The notes beneath the pieces are model-generated. The model did no database searches. It was not told the DNA's origin and saw nothing but the letters and a program-made list of their open reading frames with translations. Made by a program: the position numbers and the translations under genes. A stretch of 59,528 bases of DNA, the filler included, from Sphacelaria rigidula (lineage: Eukaryota), in NCBI GenBank assembly GCA_964200075.2. It is 6 parts of 6 records of this genome, joined end to end, with 100 filler letters (N's around TTAATTAATTAA, not from the genome) between each part and the next. Parts side by side here need not be neighbours in the genome. Positions count along the whole stretch, not along the records: positions 1 to 9,839 come from CAXNAA020007655.1; positions 9,940 to 19,777 come from CAXNAA020007656.1; 4 more parts are not named here. One strand, 5' to 3'. Below are positions 1-13,830 of the stretch, one piece after another (within the stretch, counting starts at the first letter, position 1; each line of letters begins with the position of its first letter).

Positions 1-378
1 ATCGACACAATAGGTGGACTCACAACTTACAGCGCGTCGGTCTCCTGTGATCCGGTGGGTTGTGGATCACTGTTGTACTTTTGCGATCTCGGGGCTGGTG
101 TCAGGGTCAAGCTAGGCTCTACCGCCCCCAACTTGCGGTTGTCGCATCATCGATGGTTGGTTCAAGCAACGGATAGAGTACTGGTCGTCAGGCATAGAGA
201 GATGAGGACAGAGCAGTAGTGGCGGAGAGACTCGGGAACCATTTCCGGGGAGAAGGGGGCGTGGTCGTTGTGGCGTCCGTGAACGGCAAATGAGCGGGAA
301 AAGAGCCGAATGTGTGGGCGCCATGGTTGGAATTGGCGCGTAGACTCCCTTGCGCGCGATTTGCCGCATCAGGTACAC

Positions 379-760
379 TGTAGAAAGCGATGGCCTAGCA
401 CAGGTACGTTCTCGGCCGATCGGTGGCCCAGATGAGGTACGATTGAAAAATAATTCTTACATCAGGTATACCTGGGCGAAATTTGGCCTACAGGAGGTGA
501 GCGGTTTCTGGAGGCGAGACGTTCGTTTCCGAGTGGGCGCGATATCTCTCGAGTAACATGTTTTCCCCCCGTTTTTATTCGAGGGACGGGTGTCAATAGA
601 CCCCCCGAATGATTTGTGTGAAAAATTCAGAGCGAAAACGGTCAAAATGGCGTGTTCGGCTGTTTTAGCGTTTCTGGTCGTTTTTCTTACCTTTCTTAGA
701 TAACGAACGAGAAGGTATACCTTTTTTAGGCAATTAATCCTTTTTTTTCGTGAATTCATG
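379..760 (+). mobile_element. End of a dispersed repeat (probable DNA transposon terminus), copy 1
   Basis: Clear homology to the reverse complement of 16309-16676. Homology starts abruptly at TGTAGAAAGC(G/A)ATGGCCTAGCACAGG in both copies. Confidence 0.7.
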
Positions 761-2124
761 GTGTTAATCAGTACATAGATTAGGGAAATACCAACTCACG
801 AGGAAGAAAAACTGCTCGTCCCGAGCGACAACTTTTGAGCATGCCCTTTTCTTCCTCCGACCTAATTTCGAAGTCTAACTCGCGAAATTGAGATAAGACG
901 GGGCGATTTAGAAACATGGCAAGGCGAAATTCAGAACAATATTTTCCAGGCCGTTTACCGGCCCAGGTTTGGTACTGTACTTGTGTTTTGAAACTTTGTG
1001 TGCGGGACCTCGCTAGCCCATAACGTCATCCACTGTATATACCGTTCGGGGTTCCATGTAGACTCTAGTATGGACGCTATTTCCGTGCGCTATAAGAATT
1101 ACCAGACATGATTAAATCAACGAGAAAAAATTGGCCCAGATTTTCGAGCGTACAGGCACTTTCCCCATGATCAGACGACTAATACGATATGCAGATCGCG
1201 GCCCAACTTATCTCTGTCGATGAGATATTGCTTCGAGAGCATAAATCCGCGCCTAGGCCGGCCTAGGTCGGAACGTTTGCGAGTTTTTCGACCACAATTT
1301 GTGTTCCTTGGACTATTCCGTGACGCATTGTCTGATCCATTTTTTAGTTCAAGGCATTCTGTGCCGCCTTTCGAGGGTCTTCATACTGGGACCCCCGGAA
1401 GCCGGTAAAGAACGGAGAAACTCTGGAATCTCATCAACAATATTCTTATCTAGAGCATCAATATTTACGCAACTGCCGAGTTTGAGGGTGATTTGAGCTT
1501 CTATACTCCAGGTATCAGAGAAACCGCCGCGAGGCCCCCTGGGTCTTTCGTGCATATCAGTGAAAACTAGACGACACCGAGACTTCACATTACCGAAAAA
1601 TCACGGTTTCGGGTTTATTTCGACCCCATTATAACCGTTTTCAAGACTGTATTCTCCGTTCGATTACCGAGTTGATGGCGGTCACTACGAGCTGAAGCAT
1701 GTGGAGATTCAGTGAAAATCGGGATTGGAATTCGTGTTTTCAATTTCAGAACAATTTGAAGGGCGCTGATTGGTCGAAGTACCTTTTCGCTCGTAGCGCT
1801 ACCAGTATGGTCTCAAACACAATTCCGGCTATGTCACGATCATCATCTGTTCATCATAGTAATTATGATACCATGTATGCGACTATTGGGTAAGTATTGC
1901 GAAAGGCATTCGCTGAAGACATAATTTTGGGTGATCGTGAACCAGCTCGTGGATTTTCGACAAAGGCTCAACCCTTGGGGCATGTCTTCGCCCATTTTTT
2001 CCATAACTTTAAGTGCAGTGGAGAATAATTTTTTAGATCCGATAGGTCCACCGCATTTCTGTTCTTAACTGACTTCAACTACTTCTCATAATCAGTGTCG
2101 CGCGGACGAAAAAAAAGCTGAGCT

Positions 2125-2870
2125 CTTTCTGTCGAAAACATGCAGTCGAAAGGCGCAAAGGAGCACTTGACTCCACCCATCCGACAGGTATCACCTGTTC
2201 ACAGAACCATGCAAACTCCATTCAACTCGTCCTCAGCTACAACCGCAACCCTGCAGCATAGAGCACGAGTTGAGCACAGGGATGGATACAATGCAGTAGT
2301 GGGGTATGCCGCGTTTATTTTCTCTTGGCGGGAACTTGATGTGGGGACCAGCGACGGAACTCCGTGGTGGGGTGGGCAACCGACTTCCGTAACATACACG
2401 CTCATGGACAGCGCAGGCAGTACAATGTTGCACGTTGTCCGAGTCCCTTTCACGTTGCGTTGTAACCAAAAACAACAGATAGTAATGCGCTGTCTGTACT
2501 GCACGTTGCCTGCTCCTCTTTCACACCCTACTGTACCAAACACACACACGCGCACTCAAGACTCTGCATGCAAACAGTGCAGACAGTGTGTACTGTCTGG
2601 ACTGTATACAAGCGACCAAGTACCGTTTCACCACGTTCGCTGTCTTCTTTCGATTGGAAGCTTGAAAATTCGCCTGGATCCACTCGAGAAAAATGTGTGA
2701 ATTTGGCCCAATCCTTCGACCGCGATGCGGGTAGTCCATCCGGATCACACACTCTTTTCCAGTGAAATTGATGCTGACTGAGTAGGTGACATACCGTCGC
2801 GGTCAGAGGGTTGAACCAATTCCACCGCCCCCACTTTTTTATTCGAAAAAAATGTGCTCAGACACGCCCC
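2125..2870 (+). repeat. Dispersed repeat family with core CAGCATAGAGCACGAGTTGAGCACAGGG
   Basis: Homologous copies at about 31905-32400, 33978-34328 and 36381-37200; shared segments include the core and ACACACACGCGCACTCA(A/G)GAC. Confidence 0.8.
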
Positions 2871-5800
2871 AACCCTACCCATGACTATGGTGTAACCATG
2901 CTATCCACGGCTGAATGGCCATGATGCAAATTAGACAAAAATCATATGCACCCCATGTCAATTTCGACGGTTCGACAGGGTTCACTGTATTTTCAGTACA
3001 AATCAAGGCTTATTTTGCTCGTGGATTTCTCCGCCGTGTCTGTTCTATCAAGCCTGAAACTTGGCACAGAGGTAGACCACAACACATAGAGCATATTCCC
3101 CGAGCGGCGGCACGTTTCACGTGGAGTGCTAGACGCACGAAGCAAAATACGGATTTTGGGCAATGCCATCAATACGCCCTCAAAACGCAGTCCCCTCGGC
3201 CCAGACTGCGTGAGACGTCAGTGGATGCATATGTTGACACGCAGATACGCTCACTTCCTGCTGGGTAGCTCCTGCCCCGGCAAACGAACACATCGATCCG
3301 TATTCGCACACTCTAGATGATGTCATTCTACGCGGTACCTATCTTGGTATCGCCTGTAGAGGTGCTCATTTTAGGAGACACGGCCGTGCAAGCGCCGTTA
3401 GTGCTTTTACGTGCAGAATCTTCGACCACATGTCATGTAGACTGCAGACAACAACTCCATCTTACTGAATCTAGGGTTGCGCGATGTGTGCGCGCGTATT
3501 GGGGTGTCAAGATGTCGGATTCTGTTCCGATTCTTTTTTCCTCTTGGCGTAGGACTGAAAAAATCTCCACGTGAAATGTCACAGGCGGATTTCGCGCCAC
3601 AGCGGCTGTGTTACCATACAGCTTCGCCCGAGATACGGGCAGCCACTACAGTGGCGGAGGCGGCCTTTCACTCCTGCGTGCGCCACCTGGGGCAAACGCA
3701 CTCTCAGCTGCAACACGGGCAGCTGTACAAAATGTAGCGCAGCGATATTGCGCGTCGCGGGGGGTGATATCGTGAAATCCAACGTACACGTTGGCCGCGG
3801 CAAAAGCGTCTGAGTTCATGTTGTGTCGAACTGCATGAGACAGCGGGGAGTCAATGCAGCACAACGATAGGCCAAGTATGGCACATTCGAACATTCTGCG
3901 GTATGCTCTGTCACCCTGCACCCTGCCGCTGTGCAGTGAGGAGGTAGTACCGCCCAAGGCATCGCTGCTGCGGTTGGCGCGCAGCAGCAAACACAGACAG
4001 CAAGCAGTATATTCATGTGTGCGTGTTTCAAGAGGGATGCGCACGAGGTGGGGCCCGCATCTGGAGAACCCTGCACCAACTTCGCCTCTTTCTAGCGTAA
4101 ATAGATTTTTTTTTAGCAGCAGTCACTTGCGACATGTGATGTGACGGATCTCGGGCGTGATGCGACATTTTCCACCGTGGGGCATCGCCCGTGAAGCCAG
4201 CTGTTGAAGCTGATAGTGCCCACCCCTATTCTCACGCTGACTCCTCCTCTCTGGGGACAATATAAATGAATCTGGGAAGCATGAGTCAAAGTACTGGAAG
4301 GTATATGTGTCTTACTTGCAAATGCCTCCATACTCCATAACATTGAAAAGGAATAACAATGATGTATCATTTTGAGAGACGTGATTGGTCAGAATGGTCA
4401 GGCCATGCCTCTTAGGCCTTGTTCCTGGCTTAGAATATTCTGCGCGAAACTTCCATACACGTATGATTGATTTCGTGAGCTTCCTGGCTGCTCTGCGTAC
4501 AGCCCCCCCCCCCCCCCCCAACCTTCCCCACCTGAAAAAACCACGCCCCTACGCCCCCTGGAAACCGTCGGATATCTCCGGACTGTCAGGTCGTGAAATT
4601 GTTCCGAGGCAACGTTTGCTGTCTAAGGTCTAAGAATTAAACTTTCCTGGTCGGGCCAACTTCACCAAACCAAGTCGTTAACGCTTTACTCCTCGGAATA
4701 GCCATACCACGCCCCACAGAATATCCGAATCTCCTTGGTCACGCTAAAATCATGTTCCAACCATGAAGGTGGGGATTTGAACTGGGGTATAACTCTACAG
4801 CGCAGCAATGCAACAGGAAGTATTTCCGGATTATACCAGGTTATGATTATATCACTTTTCGGGGCCGCACACAGTGGGTCGGTCGGTATGTTCGTAGCTA
4901 CACATGCACACTGTGGCTGCTGTACAACAGCTGTTTTCTTTCACTGAAAAATGGCAGCTGCAGCAACAGTAGTACGAAGCTCGTGGAAAATAAACAAGGA
5001 CCCACTGTCGATGGCATGCCCTCCACACTACAGTGCTATCACAGTACGGCAAGTGTCCGCCATTAACAGACGAATGCCGCTACACCAAAGGTGAAGGATG
5101 GAAACATACATGGCACATGGCAGACTACTCGCAACCCGCCTCCCTGAACTCATGGTTGGAGAATACTTGGTTCAAATGAGGTTCAAGCGAGTCGTAACCA
5201 TCACGATCTGTACAGGGCTGGTTCACAATCTCAAGGGCTCACAGACATGAATGTGTAAGAACTGCATGCCGCACACTTTGCCTCAGAAGCTGTTTAGAAG
5301 GACCCCGCCCTTTACGCCGCATGGACGCCGAGATCCACGATGGACACGCGTTTGTAATCCCCAAGGCGAAACAAAAGCTTCGTCTCCCGGGACATTTAAT
5401 CAAAATGATACAAAAATCAACAACCTGCCTCATATGCCGAGGCCCGGAGGCATGTTCGTTTCCCCGCAGGGCTGTGCCATAAAAGACATCAGACTATCAT
5501 CTTCACGAGTACAGGTAGCGCAACGGCCCAACAGGATATTTCGCACGTTGCTCGTGGCTCATTTTATGCGTGGGGCGACCAACATCGATTACATGGGATT
5601 GGGCATGGAGTTATTTAATGGCGCCGCAATTTGAATTCCCGAGACTCTCAAGTTTTCAGGTGGTGGCGTAGCTGTTGTAGTTGCTGTGATCGGTCGGTCA
5701 TTCAAGGTGCAGTTCAACTACAGCTGTCGCGCTCGCTGTGTGCCACAACATGTGTAGTGTATTGATACGAGGTGTGCATCGGCCAAACCGAAGAGGTTTC

Positions 5801-6059
5801 TGACGGCGATGTCAGTCACCGCGTTCATACGGACAAGCGATCTGTTTCGAGGCGCAAGTGGGTAATTGTTCTCGGACCGACCGAAGAGAGAGGTCGATGG
5901 ATGTGGGAGAGAAAGGCGTTGCTAATTTTGACGTGCATCTTGACGGTACGTTCGGGTTCTGCATCTTCCAGTTTGAATCTTGGTGGACCCTAGCATAATA
6001 AATCGATAAGTCACGACGACGCACACCTTACATGACCCTTCGCAAGCATCCTGCAGTAC

Positions 6060-6654
6060 CTGATGGCGGCGATACTCGTAAGCTTCGTGCCGATAATAAA
6101 ATTGAATGTCGGCTACATATATTATGTATCCTCTCGAATGTTGCCGATTGAAATATCGGGCCGGTCGTCGGCTGAATCAATCATCCGCCTTGTGATATCG
6201 ATTCCTGTTCGCAGAAAAACACGATTGCTTCTGTGGAGCGGGGCACGGCCACTGCCGACCGCAAAATTCAGATCGCAGTCTGCTGGACACATGCGAGGAC
6301 AGAGCAACAGCAGCACGCCATCCCAGGAAATACCTCCCTTTAGAAAGCTTGAACAACATGCGCCAGGCATCCGAGATGCGACATGCGCCAGACACCCGAG
6401 ATGGTTCGATCGAGTCAAAATATCATGGCACAGATAACTCAAGCTCGAGATTCTCGTCAAGTATACAGGGGACCTCGAGTTGAACTCTCGCATTAGTTGA
6501 TAGTATATATAGTGCACACATGAACGTTGTGTTTCACCTCAAAATCGTATCCCGTCTCCGTTGTAGTTGTGCATTCCTGGGCGAATGCAGGCGCAGGCGA
6601 GCGGCAAACGAGTAACGACACCGCCAGACCAGTTATCATCGACAGAGGCGTCAT
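6060..6654 (-). CDS. Signal-peptide gene, paralog A, first two exons (6654-6538, 6112-6060); possibly a pseudogene
   Basis: Exon 1 reads MTPLSMITGLAVSLLVCRSPAPAFAQECTTTTETGYDFE and ends GAG|GTGAAA (phase 0). Exon 2 (TAG acceptor) reads PTFNFIIGTKLTSIAAI and ends in phase 2. It mirrors the + strand gene at 7326. Candidate downstream exons at about 3330-4800 contain stops in their most plausible frames. Confidence 0.6.
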
Positions 6655-7325
6655 GATGTTGAACCAAAAAAGAGGGTCGACGTGGCGGTGAAGACGGGTA
6701 GGCAGTAGAAGTGCACTGTTTGACCAGGGCAACTCGCGCGCGCGGCGCACATGCCGACGATCGGGTAGGACATGACTGCACATGATTAAGTAATACGGGT
6801 TCAAACCCACGACCGGGCATACTCAGTAGTACTCGCTGTATTTATTAGCTTACCTTTATGTAACGGATCGGTGCACCGCTCTGAATCTACATAACTGCAT
6901 CCCTTGGTATCCCTTCCCGTTTCTATTTTTATTGCGTGTATCGTCCCGACTGCCGACCGTTGTATCTTCCGCCATCGCCATCGTCTGCGACCAGGATAAC
7001 GGTTCGAAGACAGATGACGAGGAACATAATTCGTATTCCTAATTTGAAACGGCAGACTATAGACAGAAAAAGGTATACTTTGGTCTAACCTGATGATGAA
7101 CGGCTACTGTTTAGTCAAATTACTTGAGAAATGTAAAATAAATGCATCGAAAATTGAAAATTGTTCTCAAGATGATCATAACCCGCGATCACCATACACT
7201 GCTCTTGTGGCAGCACCGACGTTAGCCATACCCTGTCGTTGTACAGCGGTGAGTTGGTGTTGCCAGCGAAGAACGACGAAGGCCACTCGACGCTCTTCAT
7301 ATTGCGACAGCGCTAGCACCACTGT

Positions 7326-8243
7326 ATGATGGGTTTGCCACCGTGCTATTATCTAGCGGCACTAGCCCTTGGGCTGGTGACCGTTTCCATGTTGGGTGTG
7401 AAGGCGCAGGACTGCACACCTTCTTCGGATACCGGGTTTTCTTTTGAGGTATGGTTCAGGACAGCATCACTATTGTGCCGTCAGTACTGAGAGCAATTGT
7501 ACAGTAATGCTAGATGGTGTAGGAGATGCATGCGTGCTTAGTTATCTTGCGTTGGTATTTATGATATGGATGTCGCGGTTCGAGAGGGGGGTACGCCAGT
7601 AGGACACGCAAGAGATATTTTCCTGCCAATAGCTTGATCACTGTTTTCGTTGATCTTGGTCTGTTTTAGCAGCGCAATAAAAAGTAACGACAAAAACAGT
7701 GCAGCTCATGCACACTGCTCCCTACTGTTGTCCACACTACAGTCAGTATATTGTTTCTTGCAGCATGAGACCGTGAACGGGAAACACCTGGCTACCACGA
7801 TCACGGCATATCCGTACAGCCAAAAATGACTGGCTCTTTCTGAATGTACTCCGCCAGTCAGCACGCTACAGCAAACAGTAGGCCGATCGATGGTGGGCGA
7901 TGAGCTTGAAGAGATAAGAGGGGTTCACAACAAACAGACACGTGCACGTGCTCTGTCATCATCAGCGCTTACATCGCATCGGTGGAAAACGGAGAAATAA
8001 TAGTGTTACTCTTCCCCGATTCATCTGTTCCTTTCGGCTACCATACGGATAGTCCGACAACCGTTGTAAATGTTCGAATGTTTTGTGCCTCGCGTCTGCT
8101 CGGGTATCCCAAGTGTCGTTTCCGGTGTTTTGCTTCACTTCTAGGACATGGATGCACAACAGCACATGGTGAACGAATTTGGGGGGTTTGACTTTAAATA
8201 TTCCCGGTGTATGGATACAATTACAACCGTCGCGAACTGGCAG
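7326..8243 (+). CDS. Signal-peptide gene, paralog B, exons 7326-7448, 7764-7813, 7966-8065, 8145-8243; weak similarity to an iGluR S1 / type-2 periplasmic-binding domain
   Basis: Four exons with GT-AG boundaries join in frame: MMGLPPCYYLAALALGLVTVSMLGVKA-QDCTPSSDTGFSFE|HETVNGKHLATTITAYP|AYIASVENGEIIVLLFPDSSVPFGYHTDSPTTV|DMDAQQHMVNEFGGFDFKYSRCMDTITTVANWQ. Hydrophobic leader with a VKA-Q cleavage-like site. The 3' exons were not resolved. Confidence 0.6.
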
Positions 8244-9839
8244 GTTTGCCCCTCTGTGTGCATCCGTCTACTCGTCTCGATCCCCCACTTACTTCATTGC
8301 AGGCGGTGTTTTTTCGCCTGGATCTCATCCTGTACGCAGGTTGATCGCCGTTCACTTCCCATCGGTTGCTTGTCCTTTACTTACCGCTCCTCCATTTTTT
8401 CATTTTATTGTATGGCGTACTGAGGTCGGGGAAATTATTTTTACAAGTTGGTTTCTCTCCCAAACTTCAGTACAAAGCGATCAAGCGATCCTTCCGTCTC
8501 TGTCGCCCTCTGCAGCGCTGGCCGCAACAGAGATGAATTATTTTACTCATGAAAAGTACAGGAAAGAGAGGCAAGACGGAGACAAGCGTTGCGACGAGCA
8601 TAGTGGCGTCGAGCGTCTCTGAGAGGCGCCATGCACCACCCGCAATGTGGCCAAAATGATGACCTCCTTAGCACAGGGGGTGTACTCACTGTCTGTACAA
8701 CCTTGTCCTGTTGTCATCTCCACTTCGCAGGTTGAACATCGGGCAGCGATGTGTTCTCGGCAGAGATGCATCGCCCCAAACTGCCGTCTGTCCCTGATAT
8801 TAATTGTGATTTTCAGCGTGTCACATTATCGCAATTGTGTCTAGCATTGTGTTGCTCGATCACAAGCTAGCTCGTGAAGGGAACGGTCATCTCTGTGGTG
8901 TGCACAGGGCAGGTTTGGGTCTTGAATCGATTCTGACCGTGCCCCACTTGGTGACGTTGAGCTCGTAGAGTGCATAGCAGTAGAGCTTGGGAAACCCCTG
9001 AAGCGCAGTGTCGGCAGACTACCGTACCCTATATGACGCAAGAACCTGAGTCGAACATATCTTCATGACAATCAAACAGGATAAGCATGACGTTCTTCGC
9101 GTTTCTTCGCTTGTACTGTCTGCACAGCTCTACTCGCATCTGCCATGTGTCAGAACTGCGAACTAAGTATCTCTTCTCCGTATGGTGGCGTTTCTGTTCC
9201 TGTTTGACCCCCGGGTACTGCCTGGATTGCACTACCCGTACATCTTCAAAACATAAAACCGAAACAGGAGACGCTCAGCTCGGGGTTCACCATGCGCTGG
9301 ACGACGGACACGGATGCAGAGACTGTCACTTTCCATGTGAGGTGCTCTTTGTTGAACATTTTTCTGCTTTGGGCGACATGCGATGTATGTGGAAAATGAA
9401 ACGGATTATATGTTGTAAATACAGCGTTTTGCGGTCAACCCTTCGACCGCGAGGGTAGATCACCTGCTGAATCGGCATCAATTTCACTTGAAGTATGTGT
9501 TACACAGGTCGACTACCCGCATGGCGCTCTAGGGGATCAGGACCAATTTGTATGGCAGTCGCAAAAACGGATCTGTACGCAGATCAGGGGACCTCAGATC
9601 CGGAAACGCATTGTACAAACCCCAATTTGGCCCAAATCGGGTAAAAGCTCAGATTAGGCTTTACAGTGTTATTCCTTTTCAAGAATATGGAGGCGGTATT
9701 TTTGGAGATTAGGCGCCCCAACACAGTACACAAGGCGTCTGATGATACGGAAAGTTGACGTATGTGTGGACTGAAGCCGCAGGCAGGTGTTGACGTAGCA
9801 GTTTCGGCCACCCAAGGCGCTCTGTGCGGTGCGTGGTTT

Positions 9840-9939
9840 NNNNNNNNNNNNNNNNNNNNNNNNNNNNNNNNNNNNNNNNNNNNTTAATTAATTAANNNNN
9901 NNNNNNNNNNNNNNNNNNNNNNNNNNNNNNNNNNNNNNN
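9840..9939. other. Artificial contig linker N44-TTAATTAATTAA-N44
   Basis: 100-bp spacer with a palindromic core giving stops in all six frames. Identical linkers at 19778-19877, 29716-29815, 39654-39753 and 49592-49691. Confidence 0.98.
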
Positions 9940-11489
9940 TTTCGAAAAAATCGGGGGAAACCGTTCCGAGATCGTGACCCCCCGATTTTTCGGCCCCGAC
10001 TTGGTCCAAATCCGTGTCCATAACATGCGTTCCCCGATTTTTTTCCCCCGATTTTGAAAAAATCAAGATTCGTGCTTGCCATAAAAGTGGGTCTTACGCA
10101 GTACATTTTTCGTCTGCTGCACCTATTGAACACACGCTGTCCAGGGTGTGGAAGATGTCACGAGATCAACACAGGCCCGTCTCACGACAGTCTGCTGCAA
10201 CCCCGTTCGATCGAAAAATGCAGCCTATGAAAGCAGCATAAGAACGCCGCGAAGGAGTGCATTGAAATGACCATCGCACCTCGATACTACAATGCCCTTC
10301 ATCATGTTATGTTGCAAGATTCACGTCGAGCGATCATGCTAGCGCATTACCGACTTACCGTCCTACTGCCATGGTATTCACATATAACCATCTGCCGCGT
10401 AAGTTGTTCCGCAATACTACCCCGTGATGAGCGCTTCCACCGCGACACGACTTTCGTTGCCCATCATTCTATTGGCATAGTGCATGCATACAGGCACCGT
10501 AGTATTTTGTGGTTGTGCGCATCATATATGGCCACTTACCAAACTATCGACATCACGATGTCGAAAACTGCGGCGATGACGAAAGAAACTGCCCCACAGG
10601 TGTAAACCCCCTTTTGGTAGGCGCACAACAGCACCCCGCCCGCAATTATGCCACAGAGGCTTCCAATCCATTGATCTACACGAGCCCGAAGAGAGGGAAT
10701 GATACATGCAGTACAACAGCCAGCGGTGGGAGGAAGGGGGGCAGATTTGGGGCAAACGAGCGAACAGCAGTATTAATATCGTGATGTGCTTGTTCAGTAC
10801 TTGCACAGGCGATTGACCAGGATTGATCATGGTCAAGAGTGTTCCAAAGTGATGGCGGGGGGGGATCTAGGTCACTGAAGTGGGATTATCCATCTTTCCC
10901 CAGCGCAACACCCCCTAGCGGCAACAACTGTGTAAACGCGTTATCAGTGGAGTCAGAATCATATTGCGCCGCCACTCTCGGAATCAAGTCGCTGGTGCTG
11001 TGCCCGCTCCGAACTCTTGCTAGTCCTATACTGGAGACCCTGGCACATTCAAGTTTTCGAACGTGCAAGTAACGAACCTGCACCTCGGATCGGGTGGCAA
11101 CGGTTTCATATGTTTACAAGCTGGCCCGCGGGCGAGGGGAATCTCGACACTCAAAGAGTCACCCGCTTTTTATCAACATAAACGATACACGCTGCCCACC
11201 CGATATCATGGGGTCGCCACTATATGGTTTTAAGTTACACATTCGAAACCGTTTTTAAAGCCAATCAGCACTCTATATCCCTCCGGTCCCCTCCCCTGAA
11301 GGAGGGGCGGAGCCGCATCGACCTAGCTCGCTGCAGTAGAATAGCACTATCACAGCGGCAGCATCAGCAGCGAGGTTTTCATTACAATGACGTAGGTTGT
11401 GTGTTTATCCTGGTGCGGCGACTGCTGGCAAACGAGGACAAATGAAAGCGGTCCTACACGACCTACACTACTGTTCAGCTCAAGGTTTT

Positions 11490-13830
11490 ACTTGTAATTC
11501 GTATGGGGAGCATGCGCGATTGAGATTGCCTCGAGATCTCCGAAGTATGCGATACGCAATCAGCACCACTTGAAGGGTATGCTTCATATATCGGGCTGGT
11601 GCAAATGTGCCCAATCATTCCTCAAGTACTGCGTACCGTGTCCTGAAAACGTGAACGACCGGCATGCGTTGGAGCATCAATACTGTAGCCTCTTGTCTAC
11701 GTAAATGTACTATTACGGTATACCCGCCCAGACAAGCATATTGCACTACTGATTCTACTCACAAATAAAAGCCCAGCCGAAGATGAAGAGGGCTAAGGAG
11801 TGTGTGACGATCACGACGATCGACAAAATCCGTGTCTGTCTCCGTTCCGCCATGGCATCCACGTGTCATCACCCATCGCAACCAGGGCAGTGCAGGGGGG
11901 AAAGGTCAAGTGTTAAGATGAGCGAGAAAAAATTATTGGCCTCCGTGCGCAACATGCGCACGGCTTCATCGATCTCCGATCTCGCTGCGCTTCATCTACG
12001 AAAGCCTCGGACGCTTTTTCGTTCATCTCTCATACCGCCTGCAGTCACCTTTGGACGCATTGATGCCCGTTGGATTTTCATGCTCTTCAATAAACACCCC
12101 AACATGAAGGGATCTTTTTGAGTTAACTAGAAATTGACCTAATTTTGACACGTGCATTACATTCGTTCCGACCGTGACATGCAACCAAAGTCTCCTCTAG
12201 CCTAAACTATATAAGGATCAAGATTATACGAGGATCTGCATATATAGCTGTATAATCTCATTCGATATCTTGTGTAGCAATAATCTGCTAGTCATCTTCG
12301 ATCTGAAAATATCATCCGCCAAATTCATTCGACTGTGCTTGTGGTACTCTTCGTACAAGAAGCACCTGCTTGACCTCTTGGGGAGCGTTTGCGGGAACGG
12401 CACAGCAATCCTGTCGGCCTGAAGCAACGGAGCCGCCCACTTTGACCTGCTGCCCCACCACGGTAGATTGTTGGACCTCATTACCATGTCCCACAGAGAT
12501 ACCTTCGACCTTCATCGTCAGTGGGGCCTCTTCGCCCTCTCTCTGCCTTGCTTCGAGTCTTGAGTGAAACCCCTTCCTGCTGAAGCCCGATTGAGCACAC
12601 ACCGCAAACACTCTTTTTGTGTGCTGGGAGTGTCAAAACTCTCTTCTATGTTGAGAAGTGTTCAGGGGCAAAGCACGCTTCGAATGCATGCCGGCGAAAG
12701 AGAGAGAGGAGTGGGGTGGAGGCGCGCGGGGAGTGAACGTCAGAAGTTGACTACACGACATCCTTGCAGTAGATGAAGTGAAGCGGATACCTGTCGGGTA
12801 CAGAACCGCATAGAAGACAATATATGGAGCTTCAGTGTTACATGGGGAAACGTTTGAGGCTAATTTAGGTGAACTTTTGCAAGGCATGAGACGTTTGCTC
12901 ACAACTACCCAAGATTCATTTGGGAAATGGAGCGCCGAATGGTGGAAGGAATAGACTGAAGCGCAAGATTCGCCATACGGGCTACCACGTTTACTGTATT
13001 TTCGAGAGGACGCTGAAACCGGTGGCAATGTCGTTGTGCGAACACAAACTCTGTATTCATAAGGGGGCGGTGCTTAGACGCAAAATGCGGTGTGCATAAT
13101 TCGAGGTATCTCTGCAGTGTACACCGCAGGATACAAGGGAGAAGGCGTGCGGTGGGGCGTGGTGGGCGATCCGACAAGAACAGTAGAGTATGACACCCTT
13201 TAGCGTTGCTATATTTGCAGGGCTGGACTGGTACCCTTATGATGGGACAGCAGCTGTGGTAAGATACAGATACTGTAGACGATGGAGACAAGAAACAGTA
13301 TTACTTGCGTGAAAACTGGCATCGTCAACCGTGACACGTCATGGGTGGCATGACATATGTCATGCGGGGCACTCGGGTGTGGATCCACAAGCGGCGGAAC
13401 ATAGAGACACCTGGCAATAACATGCAGTGCGACCGATTGTATTTGTAGCGGGTGCTACAACGTCACGGGGGCACATTATTAGTGGGAGCAAAAAACGTGC
13501 GGAAACAAAAACTCAATACAAATGTGAAGATGTTCATTCTAGTCATACGCGCTCACACGATATTTATTTCGCACTTTTCAGACAAAATCAACGAGAGGAC
13601 ATGAAATATGACAATGCATTGGGCACGCCGTGAGAAACCTGGCAACTACGGCTTTATAAGGGTGGTGGTTCCGTCCTGAGGCGTGTTGTACCGCGCGCAA
13701 GAGGTCAGGATGATTAATTTGAACAGCCTGTCTCGACACTGTTTTTTGTACGAGAGGAGGAATACCGTCACCATATCCCTGAAGAAACATCCAAACAGCA
13801 TATCGATAGGAAACTTGAAATATGACGAAG
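11490..13830 (-). pseudogene. Decayed, intron-containing P-element/THAP9-like transposase
   Basis: Motif-like pieces occur in the expected order: FKFPI (~13810); LHFIYCKDV..HTKRVF..QSG..SRL (like DxxHxxKxxRN, ~12770-12560); YHKHSRMNLADDIFRSKM (like KMxVxLAxxVFS, ~12340); DCV..AYFGDL (like QDxxExFFxxIR, ~11550). Stops and frameshifts are present. Confidence 0.45.

Noticed and set aside
25..325. Possible minus-strand first exon ending at a GTAAGT donor
   Set aside because: Stops interrupt the frames from the candidate ATGs, and the contig ends before it can be tested.
2140..2700. 186-aa ORF, and the similar 33796-34368 ORF
   Set aside because: Both lie within dispersed repeats whose other copies do not keep the frame.
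6795..6830. GGTTCAAACCC tRNA T-loop/B-box-like motif
   Set aside because: No A-box or cloverleaf can be built around it.
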